From the NCBI GenBank assembly GCA_965637545.1, contig OZ281494.1, forward strand, positions 5,456,001 to 5,520,000: a DNA stretch of 64,000 nt, written 5' to 3'. A program made the position numbers and the translations under genes. This stretch comes from Phallusia mammillata (Eukaryota). Shown here one piece after another: positions 22,542 through 36,600 of this stretch. The notes under the pieces are model-generated. The model did no database searches. It had not been told where the DNA came from and saw nothing but the letters and a program-made list of their open reading frames with translations. Position 1 is the first letter of the stretch. Each line of letters begins with the position of its first letter.

Positions 22542-25500
22542 ATGGCCAAAGTTGGGATCCTACTGTATCTATGCTGTATTTGTATGAAACAAGGTAAGAG
22601 CTACAGCAGGTTTTAAATATATTAACAGCTAACCACGGTACATTAGACGAGGGTCTGAAAACACATTTTTGGCGACAAACGTACAAAAGTCCCACAAGCG
22701 AACATTTGTTTTGTAGCAAGCAGCGCTCCTGGTAAGTCACTCTGCAGAGAGGAGGACGGATACCATCGCTGCGTTGGATCCAACTTGTGTATTCCACGGT
22801 ACATGGTTCACGATTATCACCCAGACTGTCCGGGAACTAACAAAAGCGATGAGTACATGGGTTCGTGATTTGTTTTGAATTGTTGATGTGGCATATCTTG
22901 ACAAGTGCATGAACATTAAATGCAAAGACATTGGGATGGTTTTGTATCGCTTGCAGTGTTTCTTTGTCATACAAGTGCCACACAACAGCAAAACTTTATG
23001 CTGCAAAAAAATCAAACATGAAAGTTTGTAACCGGTTTTCAGAAAACTTATCAATTGAATCACTTTATAATAATTTCACTCACTATCATTATTTGTCCAA
23101 AGATTCCCTCAAATGCAACGACGATGAATTCGTCTGCCGCCTTTCACAAAAGTGCGTACCTCGGCATCTGGTTAACACACCGGAAAGCTGCAAACTTAAC
23201 GAAATCTTGGTTTTACCATGCAGGAATGATTCAGGTAAGATGAGAGCAAAACACATTGAATGTTACTCACAGTCAACACTCGCGTCTGGAAAAATATTGT
23301 GTCAATAAATTGGGCGACTCCATTTTCCATCAGGAGCAAACCAAAACGACTGATATGACTCGATCATTGACGTTTGTTTGTTATAGAGTTCACATGCAAG
23401 CGAAGCAGGATTTGTATTCCACGTTGGCTGGTGCAAAACGGAAAGCGTGACTGTGACACGATGGTGGTGAAGGACGGAAGTGACGAAGAAATGAGTCTTG
23501 CCTCGTGTATAAACTCGGAATTCCCCTGTTCCGAAAATAACACAATTCCCCTGCAATGCATTCCAAGAGAATGGGTTCTGGACGGCGTGAATGACTGCAC
23601 AAATGGACGGGATGAAGTTGACAAGTTGACAAGTTGACAAGTTGTCACAATGTCACTGAGTTTCGATGTGAGTCAAATGGGAGATGCTTGGCAAGATATC
23701 GAGTATTAGATGGATTTAACGATTGTCCCAATGCTTCTGATGAGAAGCAAGCTCTCGAATGTATTCCGGATAAAGAGTTCCAATGCAACGACAACGGTCG
23801 TTGTATTCCTCGCTCGTGGCGAGGCAACACGTTGGTAAACTGCAAGGACGGAAGTGACGAAGTTCCATGGACTGAGAATGACACTTGTGTGGAGAGTGAG
23901 TTCCGTTGCAACAACAGCAAGCGATGCATTCCCACGTCCTTGTTGTGCGACGGCATGGATCACTGCGGTGACTGCAGCGATGAGATTGAGAGCTGTAACG
24001 AGCCGAGGATGATTCGCTGCCCAAATGATCCTGGCACTTGCGTTGTCCGGACTTACTCGTGTGATGAATACTCAGATTGTCCAGGAAGTACCGAGGATGT
24101 TAGACAAGTTACCGGTTTTAAATGTAACAAGCAGAACGCAGGGCTTGACAATCGCCTTGAATACTGCGTAATTCCACAATGGTCGTTAACAGACGAATAT
24201 CCAAACTGCCAAGACTCATCCGACTTATGTTTCGTAAACGGAACTTTCACTTGTCACCGCTGTCTGTATTCTGACATCATCATCTCACCAAAGCAGTTGT
24301 GTGACGGAATTTTCGACTGTCCAGATGTCACAGACGAATGCCTTTGCGCACAGAGTGTCCCAGCATCGGCTTCGTCAAGATATCTGTGTGATAATGTTTG
24401 CTACGGAGTCCCTGGAAGCTCACCCTGCATTTTCTGTAGTCAAGGACAAGTTAAATGCGGTTCTGAAAACGTTTGTATTGCCAAGTCGCAAGTTTGTGAC
24501 GGTAGAGTAGATTGTCCAATCACGAAGCTTGACGAGCTGAATTGTGGGAAACAGACCAAACAGAGCAGCATCATAAATATTCCTGACTTTCAATGCAACG
24601 TCATTAATTCTGAAGTACGAGCTTTTGCTACACTTGTTATAGACAAGGACCTTGTTAACTCTTTTGTTCCAGTTCAAGCTAAAAGGTAAGATCAACTCTT
24701 CGAATTAAAAGTTTTTTTGCGCAAAACAGTAAATCGGAAATACAACTAGAGAAAAAAAATAAAAAATTCACTGCGGTACAATTTTGGCTCTTACAAAATA
24801 TATTTTGCAAAACTTTATAGTTTTAGATTCGATGACAAAACGAAAATGCAACATAAAATCTTATGTGCTTTGTACTTTGCAGGTGTGATGGTATTGTTGA
24901 ATGTTCTGTGTTTGAGGACGAATGCAGCGAAAGAGCAAACTGCAGCAACCGACTTTCAGTGTGCGACCAAATTGCCAGTCATCACGTAAGTTTTATAATC
25001 TCAAAAAATCTTATTTGCAACATCAAATGGTTATTATTTCTATTCTGATTCCAGGAGTTCAATTATTTCGGTTTTGCGTTGCAGCCTTTTCCTGATTTAA
25101 CTCAGTACTTTGTTGCCCTTTGTCACTTGTATAAGACAAAGCACGCACAGTGATCACGGTGTGTATTTGTTTATGATTTCCAGTTTCCAGTTCCTAAAAG
25201 TATGATTGGAGGTCAGCAAGTATGGTTTGAATTGAGAAAGTGCACTCCGTTGTTGGACCTAATCTTCGGTAAATCGGTTTGCAACGGGATAGACGAATGC
25301 AGAGAAGGATACGACGAAACAAATTGCCCCAACCAGTTTAAGTGCAACGCCGGCAAAGTGAGCTCTATACTTCAAGGTAATATTTAAAGTTTGTGTACCT
25401 AAGATTTATTCTGGAGAAGGCAAAAAAGTTTTTTGTTTTTTAACTTCGTACACTTTTCTTAACATCGTCAGCAAAACATCGTTTTAATAGTCACAAATTT

Positions 25501-27249
25501 AGGGCAAAAAACTAAACCTCAGTTGTCAAAACATGTCTTTCAAAACTTGTAATTCTAACGTACTAACACTTCTTCACTTCAACATTGCGTTTGAAAGTGA
25601 GATAATAAATTGAAACAGTAATGAGCAAAAACGAAAAATCAATACGTATTAAACTACACTCGAGCTTTGACACTTTGCAGGGTCAGAAATCCCGATGTGG
25701 GAAGCTTTATTATTTGGGGTGCAAATCTTTTGAGCTTCGTTTTTGTTGTGCCACAAAAAGTCTAAGATTAACCAAGTCCATTTGCATTAATCTGTCACCA
25801 TATGCAGGTTTTCGCGATCGTATCAGCATTCCAGTAGAGAAAACCTGCGACCTCGTGTCCGACTGTGTAAACTCGACTGATGAAGTGAACTGCTCGACCA
25901 CCTCACACTTCTACTGCGGCAACAAAAAACCTCTGTTTGTTCCAACGACCAAAGTCCTCGACGGTGTTTCTGACTGCAGCGATTCCTCGGACGAATGTCC
26001 TCCAAACTACTTGCAAAACGACGCACTTGCATCCAACGAGCAAATGATAAAAGTCCGCGCCCTGGAGATCCTCGTCTGGTTCATGGCTGTCTTCGCGTTG
26101 TTTGGCAACCTGGCAGTCATGATGAAGACGGCACTTTACTTTCATCGGTTGACTAGCGATAAAACACGTGTCAAGTTGGGATTAATAAATCGTGTATTGA
26201 TATTTAATCTTGCGGTGTCGGATTTGCTGATGGGGATTGTTCTGCTCGTGATCGGGATTAAAGCGGTTGAGTTTTCAGGCATCTACTGTCTGTTTGATAA
26301 AGCATGGAGATCAAGCGACTTGTGCAACGCCGTTGGTGTCTTGACTGTAGTTTCAAGTGAAACATCGGTCCTTACCCTGGTTTGTATCACTTCATATCGA
26401 CTCTACAGCGTCTTCAATCCCTTCAACTCGCGGAGCGTCAGAGCACGAATTGTTATGATGTGGATCTGCCTCATCTGGCTCATTTCCTTTTTCATCGCTT
26501 TGCTTCCACTCTCCCGCTTCCTCTCATCCGATATGATCACAAGCGCTCAAATCACACCAAGTCCTTATTTTCACACTGACAAAGTTTCACTCGCTGACGT
26601 CAGGCAGTTCGCGTTACGCATCGGTGCCCTCGAAAACAAATCTCAACCACAAGTGACGTCATATGACTGGGTTGACCTTGCCGAGTATTTAAGGTCAAGT
26701 CACAGCTGTGTGGTGCCCATGTGGGACAATTATTTCGGTTATTACAGCAGCAGTAGTGTTTGCATTCCTCGCCTGTTTCGCATCAGCAAAGGGGATACAA
26801 GCGTCAATGTGATGTCATCAATCGTGATTACGTTTAACTTCGTCGCACTTTTGTACATCGCCACCGCGTATGTGATGATTTATATGAAATCCCGCGAAAG
26901 AGGGTTGGTGAAAGCGAAGAACCATCAGATCAAGAGCATGCAGAAGAAAATCGCGGTTCTCATAGCAACCGACTTCTGTTGTTGGTTGCCGATTTGCATC
27001 ATGACTTTCATGAGCATGTCAGGTCACATTTTGACCCCAGACTCCTACGCAGTTTCAGCGATCGTCCTTCTTCCCATCAACAGCTCACTTAACCCGATAA
27101 TCTACACCAACCTCCCACAAACCATCTATATGAATGTAAAGAAATTAATAGATCGTGTCAGTTTGCCTAGAAGGATGAACTCTAATTTAGTTGCTTTTAG
27201 CGAAGGGCAACCATGCGCTACGGGAAATTCAAAAAGCACGAAGGTCTGA
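22542..27249 (+). CDS. LDLa-repeat class-A GPCR (LGR/GRL101-like, no LRRs), ~1118 aa if repaired; frameshifted in this sequence
   Basis: Exons 22542-22593 (signal peptide), 22717-22860, 23103-23234, 23387-24685, 24883-24985, 25184-25376 and 25808-27249. More than 10 LDLa repeats; LGR-type 7TM (NLAVSDLLMG, TDFCCWLPI, LPINSSLNPIIY). One extra AAGTTGAC unit gives TGA at 23635-23637. The exon-3 acceptor is the least certain. Confidence 0.85.
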
Positions 27250-28009
27250 TTTAGACAGCACGATGAACACAAAACATCACGCAGAACGTCCTCTCATCCA
27301 ACTGTATGTCGATGATAGTTAAATAAACTTCCAAAATTAGTCAGCATGCAAAAAAATCCTTTCTTCTTCTCCTGTTGTGTAGTTAATTTAAAACAATGTC
27401 ACACCAATCGGCACTTTGTTGTCTTTTTCCAACATCAAACATAATACCATGTTCACAATATTTTGAATGGCCGCTTGTTAATAAATGTGTGTGAGTGTTC
27501 TTACGAGATGGGTTGATTTGAAAGTTAGTTTACTCTGAGTGTACGGTATTATTTCAAACACAGCTTCAAAAATACTAATAGATAAAAGTTAAATGTTTAG
27601 TACAGAAGAAAAGTAGGCCCAATAGGAAAATCTCGAAATTAAGGTAGAACGTGACACAGCTGCAGTTTTGCAAACCGTGGTTAAAATTTAACTTCATGCA
27701 GCACAAAATTAAACACAAGGAAGAGCATGGCAAATGATTTTAAACGCGAACACTTTTTTTAAAAACTAAAGTGCACACACTGGGTTGTTTTAACATTCAC
27801 AGTCACAGCATGCGGAATTAGCCAGCCAAACTAGAACAGTTTTAAAATTGATATGAGACTTCACATGGATAGCATCAATCAATAACCTTGATAACTTCCT
27901 AATAGGTAACAGCACACTGCACTTTCATGGCAAACGTACGTAAAGAGGTAAATGTTCTGTCAAACATATTTTTTGTCATCAGTAGCGAGGAATTAAATGC
28001 CAACATAAA

Positions 28010-28443
28010 ATCATCAATTGTGATAACGTTTAACTTTGTCGCACTTTTGTACATCGCCACCGCGTATGTGATGATTTACTGAAATCCCACAAAGGAGCGT
28101 AGGTGAAATCGAACAACCATCAGATCAAGAGCATGCAGAAGAAAATCACGTTTTTCATAGCAACCGACTTCTGTTGTTGGTTGCCGATTTGCATCATGAC
28201 TTTCATGAGCATGTCAGGTCACATTTTGACTCCAGACTCTTACGCAGTTTCAGCGATCGTCCTTCTTCCCATCAACAGCTCACTCAACCCCATAATCTAC
28301 ACCAACATCCCACAGACCATCTATATGAATGTAAAGAAATTAATAGATCGTGTCAGCTTGCCTACAAGGAAGAACTCTAATTTTATTGCTTCCAGCGAAG
28401 AGCAACCATGCGCTACGGGAAATTCAAAAAGCTCGAAAGTCTG
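28010..28443 (+). pseudogene. Orphan duplicate of the TM5-TM7/C-tail of the 22.5-27.2 kb GPCR
   Basis: ORF 28103-28444 is nearly identical to the gene's C-terminus; the 5' part has an indel and a stop, and no upstream TMs are present. Confidence 0.9.
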
Positions 28444-29124
28444 ATTTAAACAGCACTTCTCCTATAAACACAAAACATGTCACACAGAACGTCCTCTCAC
28501 CCGACTGTTTGTCGATAATACTAAAATAAACTTCCAAAATTAGTCCGCATACAAAACACCCTTTCTTCTCCTCTTGTTGTGTAGTTAATTTAAAACAATG
28601 TCATCCCAAATAACAGGTTGTCGTTTTCAAACATCAACCATGATACCAAGTTCACGCTATTTTGAATGCCGCTTGTTTATAAATGCGTATGGAGTGTATA
28701 CGAGTGGGTTGACTTAAAAGCTGGTTTACTCCGTGTGTACTATATTATTCAAATACATCCTACAACATGATGAAGTTAAAACCTTAGCAGTCAAGCAAAG
28801 AAGTATCACAATCTTGAAATTAGGGTAGAACGTTGCACAGCTGCTGCTTTGCAAAAACTGATTACAGATTAACTTATTGCATCACAAAATTACAACGCAA
28901 GGAAGAGCATGGCAAATGATTTCAAATGCGAAAGCTTTTTAAAAAACTGAAGAAAACACTGGGTTGTTTTAAAACTCGCAGTCACATCATTGCATGCAGA
29001 ATGAACCAGGCAAACTTACAACAGTTTTGAAATTGATACAAAGCTTTACATGATTTTCAGCAATCAATAACCTTGATAATTTCCTTATTAGTAAGTATAA
29101 CGGTAATTGTTCTGCCAAACAAAT

Positions 29125-29400
29125 TTTTAACATTGTCGCGCTTTTGTACATCGCCACCGCGTATGTGATGATTTACATGAAATCCCGCGATGGAGGGTTG
29201 GTGAAAGCGAAGAACCATCAGATCTAAGGCATGGAGAACAAAATCATAGCAACTAACTTCTGTTGTTGGTTGCCGATTAGCATTATGACTTTCATCAGCA
29301 TGTCAGGTCATATTTTGACTCTAGACAACAACTTGCCACAGATCGACCTACTCGAAGATAAAGAAATTAATAGGGTATCAATTTGCCTACACACAACAAC
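29125..29400 (+). pseudogene. Second, more decayed TM5-TM7 fragment
   Basis: IIATNFCCWLPISIMTFISMSGHILT, with deletions. Confidence 0.85.
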
Positions 29401-29474
29401 TCTAAGTATATATCTACGAGAAACTCAAAAACCACGAAAGTCTGTTGGCCAAATGATCCGGCGCGCCTGACACA

Positions 29475-30626
29475 CGGTGCTTGATTAACCTATAAGCAAT
29501 ATAAGCACGTGCTTAGGGCATCAAGTAAAGGAGGGGCACCACATAAATGGTTTCTAGGTAAATTATTAAATCTAACAAAAAACACAACTATATTCAAAAT
29601 GTAATGAAAATGAATAAGTTCTGTTTATAAAGCCAGAAAATAAAATAACTGACAAAAGGGATTGATTGCGTGCTATATGACGTAACAACGTTGCGTTGTT
29701 CTGTTTGTTAAAACCTAAAACAGTCAAGACTCATGGGTGCCCAACCCGTCGATCGCGATCGACTGGTCGATCTCGGACTGATATCAAGTCGATCGCGAGG
29801 GATTCAGAAAATTATTTAAAATACTTGTTTTGTAATGCGTTTTTAGGGAATGTTGCCCTACATAGATGACTTTATTGTGAAAGTTATTCATTAGGATTTG
29901 TTGATATGTTTACACCCCAAATACTCAGTCGACGCTTTACGTCGCAAAAGTAATAGTTACGTCACATAGATAATAGTTACAGTAGTAATGGTTACTTTGT
30001 GCCGGTACTTTTTCTATTATCAAGATTAGCATCGGATGAATTATAAAAATTTAAGTTCAATGCAGTGTAAAAAGTCACACCCAAACCACGACAAAAACGT
30101 AAAGCTGGGCTCGGAAAATGCTGGTTTTCCTTTGGTAATACACACATAGTCTTGCATTATCTTGTTAGTTTGTATTGGAATGGTAGATCCCGAGAGTTGG
30201 ACTACCTCAAACGTCGATCTTGAGTCAAAAAAGATTGGGCACCCCTGGTCAAGACAATAAGGCAATGCTTAATAGTTAATAGCATGCTGTTTGAAAACAT
30301 ATTCGCGTATGTGGCAAACGTACATTAAACACGACGCTAATAAGTTACTAGTATGTTTATAAAATTGGGCAACAGTGGCAGCAGCAAAATTAGGCGTTTT
30401 AAATTGAGTTTTGGAGTATTTCTGACATTCTGAAACAAATCTGCAAGTTTAATATCAGCTAAGCTTATAGTCTATTACCCTTGCTGTATATTATGTTAAA
30501 ATCGAAATCTTAAAGAATAATTTTGTTTTACGTTTAAAAATTACGTTTATATTTTGAATTAAAAATGGTGTGGGGCACCAAATTGTTTTAGTGCTTAGGG
30601 CCTCTAATGGTGTTAATCCGGCCCTG
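29475..30626. mobile_element. hAT-type non-autonomous element hosting a nested MITE
   Basis: Exact 8-bp TSD CTGACACA (29467-29474, 30627-30634); imperfect TIRs CGGTGCTTGATTA / TAATCCGGCCCTG. Confidence 0.7.
29732..30247. mobile_element. hAT (Charlie-like) MITE nested in the element above
   Basis: TIRs CATGGGTGCCCAAC / GATTGGGCACCCCTG; GTCAAGAC on both flanks (offset by one base on the left); GATCGAC-type subterminal repeats. Confidence 0.85.
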
Positions 30627-33620
30627 CTGACACACACCAGGTTATAAAAAAACCTTGATCTGTGATTGCTCCCGGAAACAGGGTTCGAAGTCAGCATAAG
30701 GTCTGGCCTGCCTATTGATTACTGGTGAGAATATCGTAACTTTTTGCTCCACCAGCCGATCTACATCTTTCTTGTCATTTTTGGTTTGTTGTTTTTCTAT
30801 TTATACTCCAACGTAGGCCTACCGCTTTTAACTTGCCATGAAAATAACGTGTGTCAAAACCCTGTTGATTCATGTTTCTGGGTTGTTTGATTTTATTACT
30901 ATGTCCAATTATAATAACTTTATGAGTAGATTGTAAATGTATTTGCAGTGGTAGGAAAATTTAACAAAACATCCAGTAGCCTTTGATTCAAAACAATTAG
31001 AAACAATTTGCTTCGATTGGTAACGACGCTTTATACTTAGAATAAGTAAGCGTAGTTTTCAACTTCGACATATATTGATAAAACTTCGAAAGTTTAATCT
31101 AATTTCAATTGTATAAACACATTTTTTCCAGCGATGATACCATTATAGAGAAAGATCGAGGCACCCTTGTAAGGTTTAGTGTCACCCTAGTGTACAGCAG
31201 TATGGAACCAGAGGTACAAATGCAATAAAACTATCTAAAATAAACCGTCGTACTGAACCCATGAAAAAGTATAGAAACAACCTAAATAACAACGACATTG
31301 CAAAGGGGTTCAAGGGGTTTTGACGATTTTAGAATTCATTTTTAGATATAAGAGTTATTTTGCAGCAATTTTGAATGTTTTTTTTATCACAAAAAGGGGT
31401 TCAAGATTGTAACAAACTAGTTTGTCAAGCTTTGTTACGCCCCAAACCCCACTGGGCAGGCAAAAAATCGCTGCAACACGTTGCGATTGATTGCGCTGGC
31501 GACGTTAAAACATAACCCGTTTTTGGCGCCTAATTTAAAACATAAAAAGATTTTGGCTAAGTTTGGTCGAAGTCCCAATAGCGGTATAGAAACATGGTAA
31601 TAGTGTTGGTGTTGCAGCCGCATACTACATTTAATAGGAAGACATTGACTTTGATATACCAGCGTAACCTCAACTGAGTAAACCCGGTTTCCCTCACAGG
31701 TGATTAATAATTATTGTTGGTGTTGATGTGGAGACAGGATGCACGTGCAATAGCTTCCTCTTATGTTTTAAGGGAAGATATAAACAGTCCAAAAGTGGCT
31801 ATGATGCTGTTTAAAACACTTCGCAAGCACCTTCACTTAAAAGTATGCTGCTTTTTACCTTTCTACTAATTCATCTTCGGCAAGCAAGTCCATATGCTGG
31901 GTTTTTGCGCAGAAATTCATGGGGTATATAATACAACACAATAAACGCATTTGTGCAGGATTAGGTGACATCATTTAGGCTTTAATTTTGTGTCGTCGCT
32001 TCTAAACCTTACAAAAATTTTGCAAATCGCTTCTTCTGACGTTTTCACGCAACACAAGCGTTTGCTGCCCAACATCGACATCTACGCCACAAATAATTAA
32101 CAACAGTAATTTGTCTGGGTAATCAGTTGTGCTGGATTGTCAAAAAAACGTTGTTTGTGACACAACGTATCTGCAAACTGTTCAGAAAATAAAAATGATA
32201 CGATATTGAAAGGGTGAATTATTTTGATTATAAGGAACTGATGTACATGGAAACCTTGTTTTCTGCTCACTTTTTATTTAGTGTTTGTTGTTTTTATCTA
32301 AAACGTAAAAGTTCAGAATATAGGTTTTTCATTGTTTGTTTTTGTCCAGATATACAAGTTTTACCAAAGGTTCTGAACGATTTCAAGTATTTTGGGACAG
32401 AGTATTTACCAGGTCGTGTCTTTACATCGAGGACTAAATGCCGTGAGTTTGTTTAATAACCATGATAGACGAAAATACACGAGTCCATTTACTTCCGATT
32501 TCTTTGGAAATCTTTAAACGTTTGAACGTCCCCTATTTTACAGACAAAAGTGAAATAGTGTTTCAGCTATTTTGAATGTCAAAACAAGTTGAGAATGTTC
32601 CTTTACATTTCTAAACTCCACCAAACAGGAAACAGATCGTGGCGGCAAATTTATCTACTTTGGGTCGGCCAATGACCCCGCGAGGCAGCCAACAGATCGT
32701 CGCAAAGCGTTAGTTTGACTGATGGATAACGAGTATGTTCTGTTTGTATTTGTATCGGACTTTGCACTTTAAAACATTTTTATCAAATGCAATAATGGTG
32801 ACATATTCTCGTAAATGTGTTGACAACTACGACAGAACATAGTTAAGCTTTTCACGAGTACGTGTTTTACAACTATTTTCACATACTATCTCACGACCCG
32901 AACGGTACATAAGCAAGCATTTTTAAGCCTCAAACCAGTGAGACGGATAATAATGAATAACTCAGTGCGTTGTGATTCTTGTGTTGTATGTTCAACCGCT
33001 TGTAGCGCCCTTACTATGTTTTGTAAAAATGCAGATATGGGAATTTAACTGTAGTGTTTGGTGCCATTTAGGTTTTATATGTTCAGCAATTAGCATGTTC
33101 ATTCAAAGAGTCAGATCGAAGTGTTTTGAATTGTCAACCCTTAGGGTTAGTACATGTTAAACAATCTGGGATTAAATGTTTTCCAAATAATTATGCAAGA
33201 GTGTCGAGTAGATACTAAACCCTTTGTGTGTTTTTAAACTGAGTATTCCTTTAAAAAATCCTTTGTTGGTAATAAACTAAACTATAAGCATATGTTTCTA
33301 AAACTGGTTTTAAATTCATAAGTTTGTTTACTGCCACACCGTTTATTAGTGACCATCTTGTAGAAACTCAAAAAAGAAAGTTTTGTTGTTTTCAGCACAA
33401 ACATTTCGTTTTGATATTTCCAGATATGTATTGATTTTGAATAAACCAAACCTGTACAAAACTGTAGCAAGAAGATCGGTTACAAGCGCATCACGTGAAA
33501 GGAAAAGAAGGAACACGCATATGTGTACACAAATAGAATATTTGGTTGGTTAAGGGGTATTGGTAACATTGGCAACACATATATTTAAAACAAAACTTAC
33601 GGAGAGTTACATACAACGAG

Positions 33621-36600
33621 TTAAGTAGTATTTCGGCGAGCACAAGCAGCACGAAATTTCTTACATTTATTGACTGCGCTGTCAATCATGGATGAATAAA
33701 GCAACGGGTTGAGGGCGCTGTTGATTGGAAGCAAAATCGCAGCTGCAAACACATAAACGATATCTGACAATACTACACCACTAAGCGACAAAAAACTAAG
33801 CAGGCAAATCGGAATCCAGCAGCAGAAATCGGTCAGAAGCAATCTGGATATTCGCTTCTGCATTTTGGCGCTCGTATCATTGCTTTTTGCCTCGGCCATG
33901 CGATTGCTGCGACGATAAATAAGGACATAAGCGACAACCATGAAAAGAAACATGATAAAATCAATTGTGATAATAAACAGTGAGTATCCCCACGCTGAAT
34001 GGCTACTTGAAGCAAAGAGTCTTGGCAAACACACGCTGGTTTTGGCGTAGTAACCAAACTCTCCTTTGATTGATTGCCCAGACATGTTAATATCGATGAC
34101 TCGTTTGGCGTCGTGCCATGACAGCACGGTGCTGTTGGTGGGTGACATACGTTGTGCCAAAAGCATTGCAGCCTCAAAAGAAACAAAATCACGTTTGTGA
34201 ACGAAATTAGGAAACCAGATTGTTGTCACAAAGTAACCAGATGGAAAATCAATTGTTGGAATGATGGCAATGACCAACGAAACACACCAAGCTAAAAAAC
34301 ACGCCAACAAAATCCATTTAGGCCTAAGTGACATTGTAAGGAATGGTTTGTAGACAGACACAAGTCGATAAACAGATATCAGTGTCATGGTTAAAGCCGA
34401 CGTCTGCGATGAAATGAAACATAGTGCGCCTAGGATTGAGCATCGTGTGCTTGATCGCCATTTGGAATCCAAATAACAATAACTTCCAGAAAACTGGGCA
34501 CTTTTGGCTGCAACAGCAAGTAAATAGATTCCCATTAACATGTCGGAAACTGATAGATTGATAATGAATATTTCAGTACACATTTTTACACAATTGTCCG
34601 ATTTCCAGTTTAGATATGTCTTTTTACCAGTAGTTGCAGCTACAGTGAAATTTCCAATCAATGCAAGGATACCCATTATCCATATAAACGCGTTCAAAAT
34701 AGGGTTGGCAATCATTTCTTTCTGATTGGAAAAAATTGTATCACGTGAGCTCACTGGTGGGTATTCGTCACTGCCATCCAAACAGTCTTTGATTCCGTCT
34801 TCCTTTTCAGCAATGGGCACTGAAAGTGGATTCCCATTAAGACAATAAAATCTTTTGTTCTTACAAAGATCTTTTGCCTCATCCGATTTATCGTCACAGT
34901 CGTAGTTTCCATCGCAAACTTTTATGACGTCAATACTTATGAAGGTGCCACTGCTGCAAAAATAGCGTTTAGGACAAAGTGATTCGTTGTAGGGGGCACG
35001 CTTTATTCCATCACACGCCCAATAGTTAGTGGCATATGACATAAATTGGGTGTCAAAGCAAAACGCTGGTGAATTTGGACAGTTAGGACACTCATCAGTG
35101 GCACTTAAACATTCAGGTCTTCCATCGCATGCCACACCAAATGGCCCACTTTTGGTGCATAAGGTCAAGTTAATTTGCGGATAGCAATATTTAACGTTAT
35201 GTGCGTTCAAGCAGTTCACAGATTGGTTGCACAGCACAGAATCTATTGGAAGGCAATCTGTTTGGTCGTAGCAGTGCATATGGCCTGGTGGACAAGTTGA
35301 TTGAGAATCGCCAAGCACAGCTTTGCACACGCTCTGATTCTCGCACAAACATTCATCTGACAGGTCGTAGCAATCAATCGCGCCGTCGCACACCTGATTC
35401 TTTGAGATAACCAGTCTCTTGTCCAGGCAAAGGAAACATCGGAATTCTCCGTTGACAAAACACAGATCAGATTTGTCAGCGCACTGGGCGTCTTGATCGT
35501 AGAGATTGATTTGTGGTAAGTTGCATGGAAATGTTAACCAGTATCCAAGACATTTGAAACTGGGGTATCTGTTTATGTAGTAATCATCTGGAGTTATAAA
35601 AGGACAAAATGAATACAAAGCAAACTTCATGCTGTTGTTAAGATCTTGATAGTAAACCGGAGGTGTATTCTGTGTCGATAGTGATGCATTCTGTGTTTGA
35701 CATTGTGGAATGTTGCAAATCCAGTAATCATCTGTGCACATTTTATCCTTGTGCCCTTTACACGGGCTGTGATGCTGAACACAGTTCGCAGAAATGTTTC
35801 CCAGATACTTCAGAAATCTCTCCACCGATTTTTTACTGGTGCAGTTAAATAAATGATGTAGGCAGTATATGCTGTATTGTTGGCTCAACGTCTGACATGG
35901 TTCATCGCTTTGGTCCAAGCAGTCCGGCTTACCATCGAGCACCAATGTGTTAGGTATGCATTGCCCAGTAGTCGGACATATCTGTTCACCATAGATGCAT
36001 CCGCACATTACTTGATCACCACTACAAGTGCAGTTGGTTTCGTCGCTGGTGTCATTGCAGTCGTACTTCCCGTTGCATTTTAAAGATAAAGGGATACATT
36101 GTTTAGACTTGCACTCTAATTCATTCTTCCAGCAAGGGCAGTTGGCTTCATCGCTGTAATCTTTACAATCATCGACCCTGTCACATAGCTTCGACCTTGG
36201 CAGACAGCCACGCAAACCAGCACATGTGTTACTTTCATAACATGCACATTGAAACTCATTTACTGGGCAAGTACAATTCACCTCGTCTGTTCCGTCTAAA
36301 CAGTCGTAGATGCCATCACATATTTGTGTCTTTTTATAACATCCCAGCCCATACGTGCAATTACTGTCTCTTGGAAAACAGCTGCATTGGTATTGGCTCT
36401 CATCGCAGACCGTTTTGTTGTTTATAGTACATAATTCGAGAGGAAAACATTGAGAAGCTCGAAATGTAATTGAATTATTGTCCGGTCTTGATGCTGGGCA
36501 TCCACAAACGAACTCCCCTACGTTGCAACTTTGCTGCTTAAACCGACATTGCTCTGTAAGAATACCAGTACTTGAAATCTAAAAATTTCATTTAGCAACC

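Noticed and set aside
23256-26579. Many antisense and alternate-frame ORFs over the LDLa-GPCR
   Set aside because: Shadows of Cys-rich coding sequence; the same applies at 33.8-36.4 kb and 58.9-61 kb.
27440-27960. Minus strand of the repeated leader gives weak LGR-like text (ILTTVC..TLIS, VFEIIP)
   Set aside because: Several stops and gaps, with no TM2 match; too weak to call without a profile search.
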